From positions 83,144,001 through 83,208,000 of the forward strand of contig OZ076409.1 of assembly GCA_964187785.1 (NCBI GenBank): a stretch of DNA of 64,000 bases. The letters are read 5' to 3'. A program made the translations under genes and the position numbers. How positions within the stretch are numbered: the stretch's first letter is position 1; every line of letters starts with the position of its first letter. Below are positions 12,994 through 25,200 of the stretch, one piece after another. This stretch comes from Amphiscolops sp. MND2022 (lineage: Eukaryota). The notes under the pieces are model-generated. The model searched no databases. It was not told where the DNA came from and saw nothing but the letters and a program-made list of their open reading frames with translations.

Positions 12994-14634
12994 CTAAAAC
13001 CAACCTGACATTCTAGATTATCGCAACATGATTAATTCCCTAACCAACTGAAGCTACTTCTACGGCGACACACAACACACCAAGGTCGTACATGTTACGC
13101 GAGCCTACAGGAGTATTAAACCAGAAAAACGAACGTGCTACTAACCTAATTGCGATTCCATCAATTGATGCACGTGCTCGCCCAAGACAGCTGGAGGAGC
13201 CTCACTTACTTGACCACCCCTCTGCGGGAAAGCACGGATGTACTCCAACAAGGTCGACACATCTACGTCGCCTACGACCCAAGCAAAAACAATGAAATAA
13301 CCATCTCACCACGATACCCCCCAGACTACACTAGCGTCCAAAAGAACTACAAATGACTGGACCACTACGATGCAGTGCCCATACTCCCGATACACAAACC
13401 CGGGAAAAATGGAAGAAAAAGACTCGAGCAAAAGAAAGTAGTCACTGACAAGTGACGACAAGAATGATACAAAGAATAGTACTCACGGAAGTCTTCAGAT
13501 AGGGCAAGTTCCAGCTACTCGCTCATACCACCTAGGGATGCGAACTGATAGTCACCCGCCCAGCGAACTGATAACAAGGCGGATTTAAATTTGCAGCTTC
13601 TGTGGCCAACGCTTCTGATGACGATGACTCGATACCCGAAGCCATTTCTTCAAGATCCTGATAGTTCCGTTCGGCAAGGGATACCAGCGACCACAAATCA
13701 GGATCAAAAGGGGAACCGCCCAGATCGGAAATACGATGATAAGTAATAAAATACGTAAAGGGGACGAATGACGACTCAACAATTCAGTGCTGGTGAAATC
13801 GAATATGTGGCCTGATCAACTACATTTTCTTGTATTACTAGCCTTACTTAGTAGTCAAAAGTTACCACGATGGATGGTTCTGAATGCAAAATCAATCCAC
13901 AGAAATATCAACAGAGAATAATTACCTCTGATCACAGCAGTCGTTTTTTTTACCCTATTTATCGAACAAAACGTATCTGACCACAACATATTCGATCCCA
14001 ACCTCGAAGACACGCAGTGGTGAGAAGGGGCAGCAAGGAAAAATGATGGGAACAATCAACAATCAATAGCCGATAATCAAAGAATTAACGGAGATTAACA
14101 GTAATCAACAGCAACAAAAGTTTGAACAGCACTGATGCTAACGACAATTGAGCACGAAACTATCAACCGCTGGAGCTATGATTTGTTTACACAAGCACGA
14201 GCAGCGGAAACGGAAAACGAAAGGCACGACTCTCTGCATCAAAGGTGTTTACTCTCCCGAGAATGAGCCGACTGCCGCGGCCATCGCTCCTTTACTATTT
14301 ACTTAACACAATACTTTCTCTGATCAAGCGCACGACCGGATGACGTGGCATACCGAATTCAACTCAGCACTACCTACTTCCACTCTTCTACACCAAGATA
14401 TACGTGACGTCACAGCCCGATGCTACTTCCGCTTACTCGACGGTAAACCAATAACTGCTTCCATTCAACGACGACTACCAACCGCAGTCGTTACATGACG
14501 AAACGTTGCATCCAATACGCACGACAACTACCTGCCCCCCTGCTTTCTAAACCTTCCAGCCACCGAGCTAAGCAACCATCCTCAATCACGATTTCCAATC
14601 AGCATTACTTCAGAGCTCCCGCCAACTTTCTTTC

Positions 14635-14646
14635 AAAAAGGCGGAG
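14635..14646 (+). promoter_or_regulatory. Polypurine tract
   Basis: AAAAAGGCGGAG immediately before the TG of the 3' LTR. Confidence 0.8.
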
Positions 14647-15856
14647 TGTCATACCTGTTGGTATGGATTATAACGACTAAAGAATGAAGTCTCCACCAAC
14701 CGACTGAAACATTTAAAACACAAACAGTTTAAACTTATGTAGATGCATACAATGGACGACTATACTGTGCAGTCGTCACACCAATTTCACCAATGTCACA
14801 AATTACCAGTGTGCTCCGACACTTTTTACATGAACATATTTTCATTTCACCTGTTTAGCAATAACGACTAAAATACACAGTCGTATTCAACAACTTTTAT
14901 GTGCAATACATGAAACTTTTACAGAAACAACTGGCGTATCCGGTTGTACCTTTACTTAAAAATACATGCAGTTTTTTATATTTAAATCATCAATAGTCCA
15001 ATTACCAGAGCATCGTTTAGTTCACCAATAGTCATTTTGTATCATTTAGTTCATAAATACTCACTCAGTCAAAACTTTGCGAAATTACCAGCAACGACTT
15101 CAATCAATAGTCGTTCATCGGTATTTAGTGCTAATTATAACAATATTACCGACGATCAAATGCAGTAAATATACTCAGTACTTCAATCATTAGTTCGCGT
15201 TGTGAAGTTACAAGGTAAATGATGCATACTGGTGTGATAATAGAGTGAAAGTACCGACGTGGTAATTAACAACGACTGAAGTGACCAGTCGTACGAAATG
15301 TACCATGAGGTGCTAACAGCGGGTTAACCAAATAACCAGTTGAGAGGAGACTGAAATAATCAAGTGCGATTAGCAAGTAATTACGAGTTAAAAGGTGCTA
15401 CTACAATTTAAAAAATCCAGAGAGAGAACATTGCTACTGTAGAAACCAGTCGTTACCTTAACAAGCGCTTTACAATATTCTGATTCCTAAACTTACACTT
15501 CATAATTCCAACTGCTTCAAACTATAACTTTTCAATCATGGTAAATACTCGATCGAGATTTAATAGAGAAAGTAGAATCGAGCAATCTGGAACTAGTAGT
15601 TATTCCGATAACGAAGACAACATGAGTGTTGCTGACCATTTCGGTGAAAATATCTTGGAAAACGAGACGGAAAATGACATGAGAGAGATAGAAAGAGATC
15701 ACGAAAATCATAGATTTGAACAACGATTCTTGGAAATGAATCGCCAAATTGGAGAACTTGCTAGCATTGTGAGAGCCCTTACTGATAGATTATCGAATAG
15801 TAGGGAAGAGAACAATCGAGACGTGCTTAACCCAGAGACGTCCGCCCGTTCTGACA
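14647..15856 (+). repeat. 3' LTR (1210 bp)
   Basis: Copy of 637-1845, followed by the CACGT TSD. Confidence 0.97.
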
Positions 15857-16294
15857 CACGTCGTGACTTGAATGCAGGAATGACGTTCCTTATGAGATAA
15901 TTGGGGTAATTGTTCACTTGTGTTCAAGTGATTTGGCTTAATACAATTGGTCAATTCTCTTACATTTTTAGACACAGTATCTTCGATAATGGTCACAAGT
16001 TGAAAACGCTTCTCAATGTTGCTACTTGGCGATGGAAGCGGAGCGACCGAGCCATACAAGAAATATGCTAACCTCTTCATATAAAGTCAAACCTTCCTGC
16101 CTTCTACAATCTAAATTCGTTAAAACTTCAATTCAGTTTGGGTCTTTAAAAAGTTGGTTTGAGTCATTGCTTCAGTTGGAGTGGACTTGGCCTAATTTTG
16201 TTGCCATGAGTCTTGAAAACTTTAAGCCTAATGACTCGACGGAAACATTGAGCCAAATGACTTTTTGCCAAGTTACTTGTGACCCCATATTTCT

Positions 16295-17888
16295 ATGAAG
16301 CCATATTGCTGAGCTTTGATGAAATGACACACCCGAGGATAAATAAAATCAAATAGAAGTCTTTCACAAACTGAAGACAGTTTTGGCAGATTGCTAATAG
16401 GACGATAATTCATGACATCATTAGTGGAACCACTCTGGTGGAGAGGGGCAACAAAAGCAATTTTCCAGCAGTCAGGCTATTTTCTAGTTGAAAAAATATA
16501 ATGAAATAATTCTATAACAGCTGGTGCAAGTAGATTGAAGCAACTGTTTAGAACAAAGGATGGTAATTCGTCGCAACCTATTGAGCTACTGTCCGGACAT
16601 TTGCGAAGCAGGGCTTCTACATTAGCTATAGAAAAATTTACGTCATTAAGGCAAAGTGATTGGGTCCCTAATTGGTTTTGAGCATAAAGTGATTTAGGGC
16701 TGAATGTAGACCCGAAAAATTTGTTGAATAAGTTGGCTTTTTCGTAGTCTGTAGAGGCTGAAACATCATTGAATTTCATAATTGACGGTATATGACTACC
16801 GTTTTTAAGAAAACGAATAAGTTTAAAGCAACTATTCGGCGAGTCCAGATTTAGTTTGTCAGCAAAACAAAGCTTATCAAGTTCAATTGAATCATTTATC
16901 TCCTGGGACAAAAACTTTTGCTTGTTTGCAAGGGCAGAGTTGAAGGGATGACGTGACATTTTTCTGTTGTTTGTCCGGCTTTGATTAATGAGATGCATTG
17001 TATGAGATGAAAAGTAGAAGGGAGCATTGATTCGACGTGATCGTTTTGTAGCAATTGATAGAGATACGGCATTTTTAATAAGCCCATACCAAGAAGAAAT
17101 GAAATCAGGATTCGGAGTAGAGTAGCTGGTGAACAGATTGTACAGAGGGTCGAGATGCTGCGAAAATATGTCAGGTCTAAATGTGCTTTTAGAGATAGAA
17201 CAGGTAGAGGGCTCCCAAATATTAGATTGTTCAACTTGAAAAAGAACGGGGTAATGATCGGAAAATCGATTATTGTAAACTGAATAGCAGAATTCGTCAC
17301 ATGTGGAAAAAAGGAGGTCAAGAGTGTTTCCCTTAATATGAGTAGGTACAGTTAAAAATTGATTCAGTCCAAGATCGGCAACCAGGTCCAAAAATTCCAT
17401 GTCAGTAGACTGACTAGGAGATAGGTTAACCCAATTAATCTTAGGAAGGTTAAAATCACCAACAACGTAAATTACATATGGGATATTAGTACCACGTTTT
17501 TCTCGAAAGGAGGTGAAATATTTATAGTATTCATGCAAGCAATTAGACAGACTGGGAAAACAACTTGAAATTTAGGCGTTTGCGGATTGTAAGTAGCAAT
17601 AAAACAATTCAGCCTAATAGATAAATTCACAATTTTGTGAAACAATGATAAAGAGGATGCAGTTAAGAGTCCACCATGTTCACCTGATTCCCTTTCATTT
17701 CTGTTGACAACTTTGAAGTTATTACCGAGGAAGATTTCTGTTTCGGGTATATAGGATGTAAGCCAGGTTTCAGTAAGGAACATTTGGGAAATATTTTCAG
17801 TAAACACCAGTGAAGGTAACGCTTGTCGTTTATCAAGAGAACAAATTGATTGGCAGTTCAGTATAAGACAATTTACCTTACCCAGTCA
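16295..17888 (-). pseudogene. LINE ORF2 fragment: APE endonuclease and N-terminal RT
   Basis: FLTETWL, VVGDFNLPKINW, GNTLDLLF and SDHYPVLF (APE); after a stop, PDCWKIAFVAPL...NYRPISNL...QYGF (early RT). Confidence 0.88.
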
Positions 17889-18781
17889 TGCACTTTCAAC
17901 TTCAACCTTTTCACCTTGGTAGAAGAGTTGTAGTTTCTTGATTTTAAATTGAGATTTATCTTTGCCTTGGTTAGCAATCATATCGTAACATTTTGCAAGA
18001 ATTTTCTTTTCAAGTGCCCGATCATCAGGTGATAACAGTTTTTAAATGTAAACGGGATCATCGTAGTTTTGAGGTTTATGACTTCGAGCAAAACACGTTT
18101 CCATAAACAGAGGGTTGGAGGAAGTGACAAAAAAGGGGCGGCACTTTCGGCGCTCATTACTGCCCTTAGGCAATGATTTACCCAGACGACGAAGTGAGGT
18201 AATATTTCCAGAATGATTGACACCAATAAAAGATACTATTTTTTCCACCGATGATACATCGCTGTTAATTCTTTCATAGAGGGTTTCGCCTTTTTCAGGA
18301 ACCCCAGTAATAATGAACTGTAAATCAGAATCACAGGAACGGTTTTGCTTAGGAAAAGATTCTTTAGGTTTAGGTTCAGCAGCTAGAGCATCACGGTACG
18401 ATTTAATACCTTCATCCATATCAATTTTAATGTTACTTTTCATTTGGCTCGAGAGAGTATTCTAAAGAATTTCTTCTTCAAAAGTACTCTTGATGATTTC
18501 AGGAATATTGTTTTTCAGACAATCATTAATGTTATGTAATAATGAATCAAACTTAGTTTCAGAGGTGAACAAGGATCCATTGAGGCACAGGTTACACACC
18601 CAAAGACAGTTTCGTCTCTGGCCCAGCCACTGAACATCCTCCTCGGACAGAGAACAACACGTTCCATGATACCACTTTTCGCACTTCTCACAGCCAATTG
18701 CGTCGTTATCTCTATTCACTGGTTTCTTGCACTTTGGAATTTAGGCGATGGGTTCGATTGAAGGCGTTGACGACCCGCCAT
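17886..18781 (-). pseudogene. LINE ORF1 with PHD finger (frameshifted, with stops)
   Basis: CKKPVNRDNDAIGCEKCEKWYHGTCCSL...WVCNLC, then IITGVPE and LRRLGK...RP motifs typical of LINE ORF1. Confidence 0.8.
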
Positions 18782-19640
18782 CCAAACATTCAATATAGGA
18801 AGCTATTATATAAGTTTATCACAACAATTAGGTTTGTCGAATAGAAACTTCCTGCAAGTAGTGTTTTCCCCCACCACCAATTGTTAATGTACTCTCAGCA
18901 TTGTCTGACTTAGCTATATATTTTTTTGTTAACTGAATTGGTGTCTCTAGGGTAAATGGTCACTTGGCTTAATTTTTTTAAGCTAAGTGTCTCGGGTATT
19001 GGTTACTTGGCTTAGAGTCATTTGACTTAAAACCACTTAGTTGAAAACACGAGGCAGATTTTGTCGAATTTCTTTATAACGTAGTCAGCGTATTATTATT
19101 ACATGGGTGGCTGTAAATAGGTCGAATTTTTCTGGTCGAAAGGACAGAGGTCGAACCTTTTGATTGTATTGCAGGGATCGAATGGAATGCGGTCGAGTTT
19201 GATCGAAGCCTTGGGGTCGAAAACGTTTTTTGTTTGCCTCAAGTCGATTGACTATCATAATGTGGGGCATATGCTGTGTATACACGCTCGCCCTCGCTGT
19301 CGCAAAGACCAGCTCCCAGTACGATCGCTTCGCGATCTCCGTTCCCGCTAGGTCTTTGCTCCTGTTCGACCTCGCTTAGCAAGATGGGAACATAAGCGGC
19401 CTCAAGGGGCCGCGGGGCACTAGATGAAATGGGGAAATATCAGAGGCACATTGATACTTACTGCGGTTAGTTCAAAATTTGATCACAGTGATTCGAATTT
19501 GTTCCGGTTTTTGAAAAATTCGAAATTAGACCATTCGAAATTAAAATTCGAACATATGCGTTCGAACTTATTACCGTGCCTCGTTAAGCGGTGGTCTTCA
19601 TAGAGACAGGGAGATGCCCGTTACTATAAGCAATTAAAGA

Positions 19641-20538
19641 CGGCGGCTATTCACAAGTCCGAAAATAAATTTGGGTTGCACAAGTCCGAAAATAAATTTG
19701 GGTTGCGCAAGTCCGAAAATAAATTTGGGTTGCACAAGTCCGAAAATGAATTTGGGTTACACAAGTCCGAAAAAATGCTTCATATTTGTTGTATGGCTCG
19801 GTCGCTTCGCTCCCTTCGCCCCCTTCGCCAAGTAGCAACCTTGAGGCATGGCCATATGGTACGTCGCTCCGCTTCGCTTCACTCCTGCATTTAGGGCACT
19901 AGGAGTATATGAACATAGCTGAATAGGGGAAATTGAAAAATTCATTTTTAAGATTTTTGAACGGACTTCGTTCAGGTCCGCCTGCGTCAGCCAATCAGAT
20001 TGCAGAGAATTATACAGTGCTAAGTATTTCTTATGCTGGATTTCTGGTGTCGGGTCACAAGTCCGAAAGAATAAAATTAATTTTTTATCGACCAATAAGA
20101 TTTCAGAAATCCAGCACAAGAAAAACTTAGCACTGTATAATTCTCTGCAATCTGATTGGCTGACGCGGGCGGAATGAACGAAGTCCGTTCAAAGATTTTA
20201 AAAATGAATATTTCAATTTCCCCTAGTCAGCAATGTTCACATACTCCTAGTGCCCTAAATGCAGGAGCGAAGCGAAGCGGAGCGACGTGCCATATGGCCA
20301 TTCCTCAATGTTGCTACTTGGCGAAGGGAGCGAAGCGACCGAGCCATACAACAAATATGAAGCATTTTTTCGGACTTGTGCAACCCAAATTCATTTTCGG
20401 ACTTGTGCAACCCAAATTTATTATCGGTCTTGCGCAACCCAAATATATTTTCGGACTTGTGAATAGCCGCCGGATTTCTGAAATCTTATTGGACGATAAA
20501 AATTCAATTTTATTCTTTCGGACTTGTGACCCGACACC
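19641..20538. repeat. Fold-back/MITE complex with 27-bp tandem units
   Basis: 19641-20046 is an inverted copy of 20104-20472, and 20046-20112 is inverted with 20472-20538. The arms carry arrays of CACAAGTCCGAAAATAAATTTGGGTTG. Confidence 0.85.
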
Positions 20539-22284
20539 ATAGGAGCGGTTGGACAGTATTCGTTGGACAAGCACCCACGGCCCCGGGAGGTATTTCACCC
20601 GTGGTGGCAAAATGGATCTGTGGCGATGGGCGCCTGTACCGAGCGATTTGCCCATTTCCTCCGGTTCATCCACCTCTGTTAACGCGTTAAACGACCGATA
20701 ACAGCTTGCGTTACATAAGCTGAATGCCTTTTTTCAAACCAAAATTGGTTTTTTTGACCCGAAAAATGCCTGCACCCTTTATCTGAATTGTCACTGTACT
20801 CATTGTCGTTGCCAAGCCAGTCCTCTTCTTTTGTACAGTGCTTTTAAGTTATTGTTGTACTTCCTTTATCGGAATTGAGCCTGTTAATAATAAAAAGCAC
20901 AAAAAATTAATGACCATACATGGATATAAAGGCAGATGCTGCCAAACGAGATGAAACTATGTCGGTTGATAAACGGGAGGGGGCTATGCGCTAAAAGGCA
21001 TATTGTAGCCTGAGATCTAAATTCTTAAACTATTGAAGCGTCTAAAGAATTCCATATCAGCGACTATTTTGATATTGGTTGTGCGACTCGGCCTTCTTTC
21101 CGCGGCGCTTCTTTCCACACTGTCAGTATGTACTATGTGTGCAATGGCATCAAAATTGTATGACTGGGATCTGAGACAACCAAAATTAGATCAAAAATGA
21201 CCAAATGACATGCGTACGTAGTTTGTGTCTCAATTTTCAATCCTTTTTGACTCCGTTTTTTGACCATACATGCGGCTCTGATTGTATATGCGCTCCTGAC
21301 TACGCCATTTATACCTTCAGTTCATTATAATTTTTTTAAAATCAGTTTTTTTTAAAGTTTGTTTCTACCGGTCGACTGGGATAGTGGCTGGTATGAGTAG
21401 TTTGTTGGTTTTTTTTTGTTACTGGGATAGTGGCTGGTATGGGGTTCCCTACTTTCGTTGCAGACCACGGGTGTGTGTGATCTCCCCCCAACATGATGAT
21501 ACACATGGCACTTAATTGATGACGGAGATCCATGATATCTGATTGAAGAAAAAAGTTGATTATATGGAGGAGCGAAACCAAAGCTTGAAATTCTCAACAG
21601 GCACGACAATCCCGAAATGAAGTGAAATCTCTACACATACTTAGTTGTAACCTCACACTCCACTTCGATTGAAGTAAAAATGAGAAAAACTGTCGTAATT
21701 TTCTCTGGACAGTTTTTCGATCCAGGGTATTTGGAAAAACTGTCGACTTGGACAATGAAAATTAATAATGTTGCAAACTTTTACAGCAATAGGGACCATA
21801 AGCGCGCTACTGAAAACTTGAAATTGTCGGTGCGAATGTGTATATCTCCCGTCTTTTGAAAGTGTGAACGTTTCTAATTAGAGAAAAACTAAACGTTTTG
21901 TGAGTGGGAATTTTCTTGGAGCTGTTAGTGATTATGGGTTTGATTTTGCATATGCTTTGTTCATAGTGTGACTTGCAGTGACAGTTGATGGGTTTGAATC
22001 TTCAGTGATGTTCCCGAAATGCTTTCATGATGTTTGCTCTTGTAATTGCAAAACTGCTTGTTTTATTTCATTGCACTCTAATTAATCATTCATAATTTCT
22101 TTAATGTAAACTTGTCGATTGTTTGTCTAACTTCGGTATGACATTTTTGTTATAGAAGAATGCTTTGTGTGGACTTCGTTGCTTTCGAATTATTCATAGT
22201 ACAACATTAGCTTTCCAACTCAAGTGGCCAGCTTCTGCAAATTCGTAACCAATTATTTTGACTATGCAGTTGAAGTCGAGTGAA

Positions 22285-25200
22285 ATGGGCGTTGCGGACA
22301 AACCTCTTGCTGGTGAAAAACGGTTCGAATCGTTTCTAGATGGACTGGACAATTATCAATACGTAGCAAACTTTCAACGAATATGTGGTTTGAAAGAGGT
22401 TAGAAAATCTCCAATTAAATTGTTTTGACAACATTCTCATTCGTTTTCGTCAATTAAAAAGAATTTAGAACACATCGCTTCATTACATATGAGCTCTGGA
22501 AGAATTAGCTCCTCACCATATTTTAAACTTGAAAAAGCGCCGAGTAGAAGTAAAAGTGTTTTGTGTAATTTGTGAATATTTTCGTTAATACACGCTAATA
22601 TTTGCCTCCACTGGCGGCACAGGACCGTCAGCTTCAAAAGTCACGTCAAGACTTGCGTTGGAAAGATATGACAGCTATTCCGACACAATTAGCTTCATTC
22701 TGACAAAAATCAGCTTTCAGAGGATGTCGCGTCTTTAAGCGTCAAATAGACCATGTTGAGTCCTCCACCGCGGCAACAGTGCAGGATGGAAGGACTCATG
22801 AATTATGGCAATACCAAGTGGGTGCATATCTTGACCGTCAATTTTTATGACCATCTTCAGTTTTCCTTGCTAATAACGTTTTGACCAAGTACTTTTGACC
22901 AAAAGAGCATCCTCGAATTCATAAGTCTGACTTCCCTGAAAAAAATGTTAAAACTCACATGAAGAAATGGTCCCATTATTTCAATTCTTGTCGCGGTTTT
23001 CTCCCATTCGTTTTTTCGTCTAGTACATTCGTTCAGAACCCGTACATAAGTTCAGGCGTTCGTAGTCTAGTGGTAAGATGCTCGCTTTTCAACCCAGAGG
23101 GTACCTATTCGAACCGGTGCGTATTCGCCTAATTTTTTACAAGCATTCCGAAGCAAAAGGTTTCCACTTTTTTGGACACTATGAGACTTCCCCCTTCGAC
23201 TTTGTGAGACATTTTTCAAAAATTTTTTACTGTCCCCAAAGGGTCCTCCCTTCAATTTTTATTGATATTTTGCAACAACGAATGTTAAAAAATCCCAAAC
23301 GCTACCTTTCAGGTTTTTCGGCACTAAGAGATTGTTCAAAATTCTCATTTTTTGTTTTCCGAAAATTTCATGGGTTCCCCCTAAGGCATTGTGAAATTTT
23401 TCAAAATGAATAATTTTCGTCTTAAAATTAAATTTTCTCAGGTTCAGCACGCTGTATCCAATTTTTGTTTTTTTTTTAAAGATCGGCGTTTTTTCTCCGA
23501 CTTTTTTCTTATTTGTTTTCATCGGTGCCCCCCGTCAATTTTTACTAGAAACGAAACGTTTTGCGAGCATAAAGGACTCCTCAGAGTTTTTGGCACTATG
23601 CGACCAGAGATCTTCATCACAAAATTTTTCGAAAAAAAATCCTCATTTCAAAGATTTTCGGTTGAGAAAGATGGGTTTTTTGCTCTTTCCAGTTGGGGGC
23701 AAATGGTTTTCGAGTCTTATGTGTATCCTTTTGGGTATTTTTGGCGCTGTAAAATTGATGGAATTCTAACAATATTGTCCTTTTAGCCTTGGTTCTCCGT
23801 AGTAGTAATAGGCTTCAATTTGCCCCTTGGGGAGTTTACACAAGGAGAGATACAGATTTACAGATGAAGGGATAAGTAAAAAGAAATCAAAGAAGCTCTC
23901 AGGATACACAAAAAGAACATTTACATTTTATATGCCAAGTACAGGTTCTGTTCAAGTCATACTTAGTTCGAGTTAAAAGTAGAAAGTACTGTCGAAGTTG
24001 GTCTTTGAAGTTATGCGAAGTGGTGATCAAGTCGATTTCAGTAGAGTCATGAAGATCATTGACCAGTTGATTCTGCTTATTTGGTTTTCTCTTCAAAAGT
24101 TCGCAACTTTCTTCGCAAGTTTTTGCGAAGCACGGCTCCCCTCTGTGTGAAAAACATGCCAGCTTTCGACTTCATCTTCTTTTCATCTGTGCAGATCTGC
24201 TGATATACCTTTGTTAGGTTTGTTGCAGACTAGGACTTTTTACATATAGGGCCTTCCTTTCGGGCACGGACGTGTTTTGTAGGGCTTGGTCGACCTTGAC
24301 ACTCAGATTTTCAGATAAGCTTTCTGCTTGAATTTTTTTCTCTTGAACTTTTTGCATTCGTGTATAATTTCTCTTGCTGTGCATTCTCTTTACATCGTTT
24401 CTGATGTACATAGTTTTGTTTACAAAATCGTTCCTGTGCCCTTGAAACTGACCTCAAGAAGCCGTTTTCTTGAAACTCCTCTCGATTTTCTACGTGAGCC
24501 ATTCGTGCTCGGATGAAACTTCTCCATAGGACTATCCTGTGCATTATTGTTCAGTTCCAAGAGATCGATGCATGCTTCTTTAGCTAGCTTGAACCACTAT
24601 TTGGGCGTACAATAAAATTTTTTACTTGATGCGTAGCTCCGCGCGTTCTATTGATTCATGTGTTTATGTTCATTTCAATCTGGAGCGGTTTTGCTTTTGA
24701 GCTCCAGATGAACCTATAGCACCGGTCGACTTCTCTTTGTCTCCTGGACGTTGCTCCAAGTCATCATTTTTCGCTGGAATTTGATTTTTGTATACTTCTT
24801 CCCCAGCCAAACTCCGAGAAGTATGGTTTCGCAAGCATGAAATTCACCCAACATTGTTTATTTTAAGTATACTTCGTAAACAAGAGGCGCAGTCACACTG
24901 CGATATCTTTCGTATGCCGTCGCAACAGAAAGGGACCTTTCAGGGTAAAAAACCTGATTGAAAATATCACAAAAACTCGACTTATGATTTTCGTGATAAA
25001 TTTTTGGTCAAAAAAGTTGCAGAGTGCCGAAATTACCCGGAGGTCTGACCTTTTAGGCTCGTTGTATAAACTGAAAATCTTTATTGAAAAACAAGGAGCA
25101 AACCTCTAGTGAAGGAAAAATCCGTAAAAAGTCGCACAAAGTCGAAAAAGTTCATTTTCACAATTATTGAGAAACCACTCAACAGTCCCACAGGATCAAC

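Larger units (their letters stand above)
637..15856 (+). mobile_element. Full-length Ty3/Gypsy LTR retrotransposon (15.2 kb), mildly decayed
   Basis: Direct repeats 637-1845 and 14647-15856 with TGTCA...TGACA ends. CACGT at 632-636 and 15857-15861 is a 5-bp TSD. PBS follows the 5' LTR and PPT precedes the 3' LTR. Domain order is gag-PR-RT-RH-IN. Confidence 0.97.
16290..19070 (-). mobile_element. CR1/L2-group LINE, decayed, 3' part (most of RT) missing
   Basis: ORF1 with PHD finger, then an APE endonuclease and the start of RT. Outer boundaries are approximate. Confidence 0.88.

Noticed and set aside
13615..13650. Hammerhead ribozyme core (CTGATGA)
   Set aside because: No correctly placed GAAA or flanking stems.
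19652..19772. 27-bp repeats as a CRISPR array
   Set aside because: Head-to-tail units with no unique spacers, no cas genes, and a eukaryotic context.
23055..23129. Functional tRNA gene
   Set aside because: Anticodon and T stems do not pair well and it sits in a dispersed repeat; treated as tRNA-derived.
23880..24870. Nested antisense gene in SGPP intron 1
   Set aside because: Only short broken frames, with no consistent splice phases or motifs.
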